From the IMG/VR virus record IMGVR_UViG_3300030329_003629, positions 1 to 53,444 of that record: DNA of 53,444 nt; one strand, written 5' to 3'. Below, one piece after another: positions 53,409 through 53,444 of the stretch. Within the stretch, counting starts at the first letter, position 1. Every line of letters begins with the position of its first letter. This DNA is from a virus. Lineage: Duplodnaviria; Caudoviricetes. The notes below the pieces were generated by a model. The model searched no databases and was not told where the DNA came from. It saw only the letters and a list, made by a program, of their open reading frames with translations. A program made the translations under genes and the position numbers.

Positions 53409-53444
53409 ACGATTGGCTCACTATGAAAATAGTGGGCTTTTCGT
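53409..53444 (+). ncRNA. intergenic structured RNA hairpin, copy 2 (truncated by window end)
   Basis: ACGATTGGCTCACTAT-GAAA-ATAGTGGGCTTTTCGT. Confidence 0.7.

Noticed and set aside
1-53444. Stop-codon reassignment
   Set aside because: Long genes are intact and tightly packed in the standard code; TAA, TAG and TGA all end plausible genes
1-53444. CRISPR array, tRNA, integrase, DGR/reverse transcriptase, intron or intein
   Set aside because: No repeat-spacer periodicity, cloverleaf, RT or recombinase motifs seen by eye; terL, portal and MCP are uninterrupted

Overview
Part of the genome of an AT-rich, lytic-looking tailed phage with podovirus-type architecture. It probably infects a Bacteroidota (Flavobacteriia-like) host, judged from recurrent TAnnTTTG -7 promoter boxes, A-rich starts without Shine-Dalgarno sequences, and an A|Q signal peptide. 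There are three blocks. (1) 1-3368 (+): end of the replication module (SNF2-type helicase C-terminus, VRR-NUC, DnaA-C-like HTH, HNH). (2) 3349-50423 (mostly -): a long late region with a phage GroEL/GroES pair, small basic proteins, a beta-barrel OMP, lysis genes, fibres, GroES-like/2OG-Fe(II)/SET genes, terS-terL-portal-scaffold-major capsid, tail ring and nozzle proteins and ejection proteins up to 2816 aa. (3) After a non-coding strand switch at ~50450-50950, an early (+) region of small genes. The main finding is in the early region: two complete type I hammerhead ribozymes (51768-51825 and 52270-52321) sit directly after consecutive stop codons and bracket one 141-aa gene. Self-cleavage would release a 496-nt single-gene RNA whose ends can re-form a hammerhead, so it may circularise. 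A second, covarying hairpin family (51173-51217 and 53409-53444) occupies other early gene junctions. All product calls come from motif recognition and synteny by eye; no searches were run.
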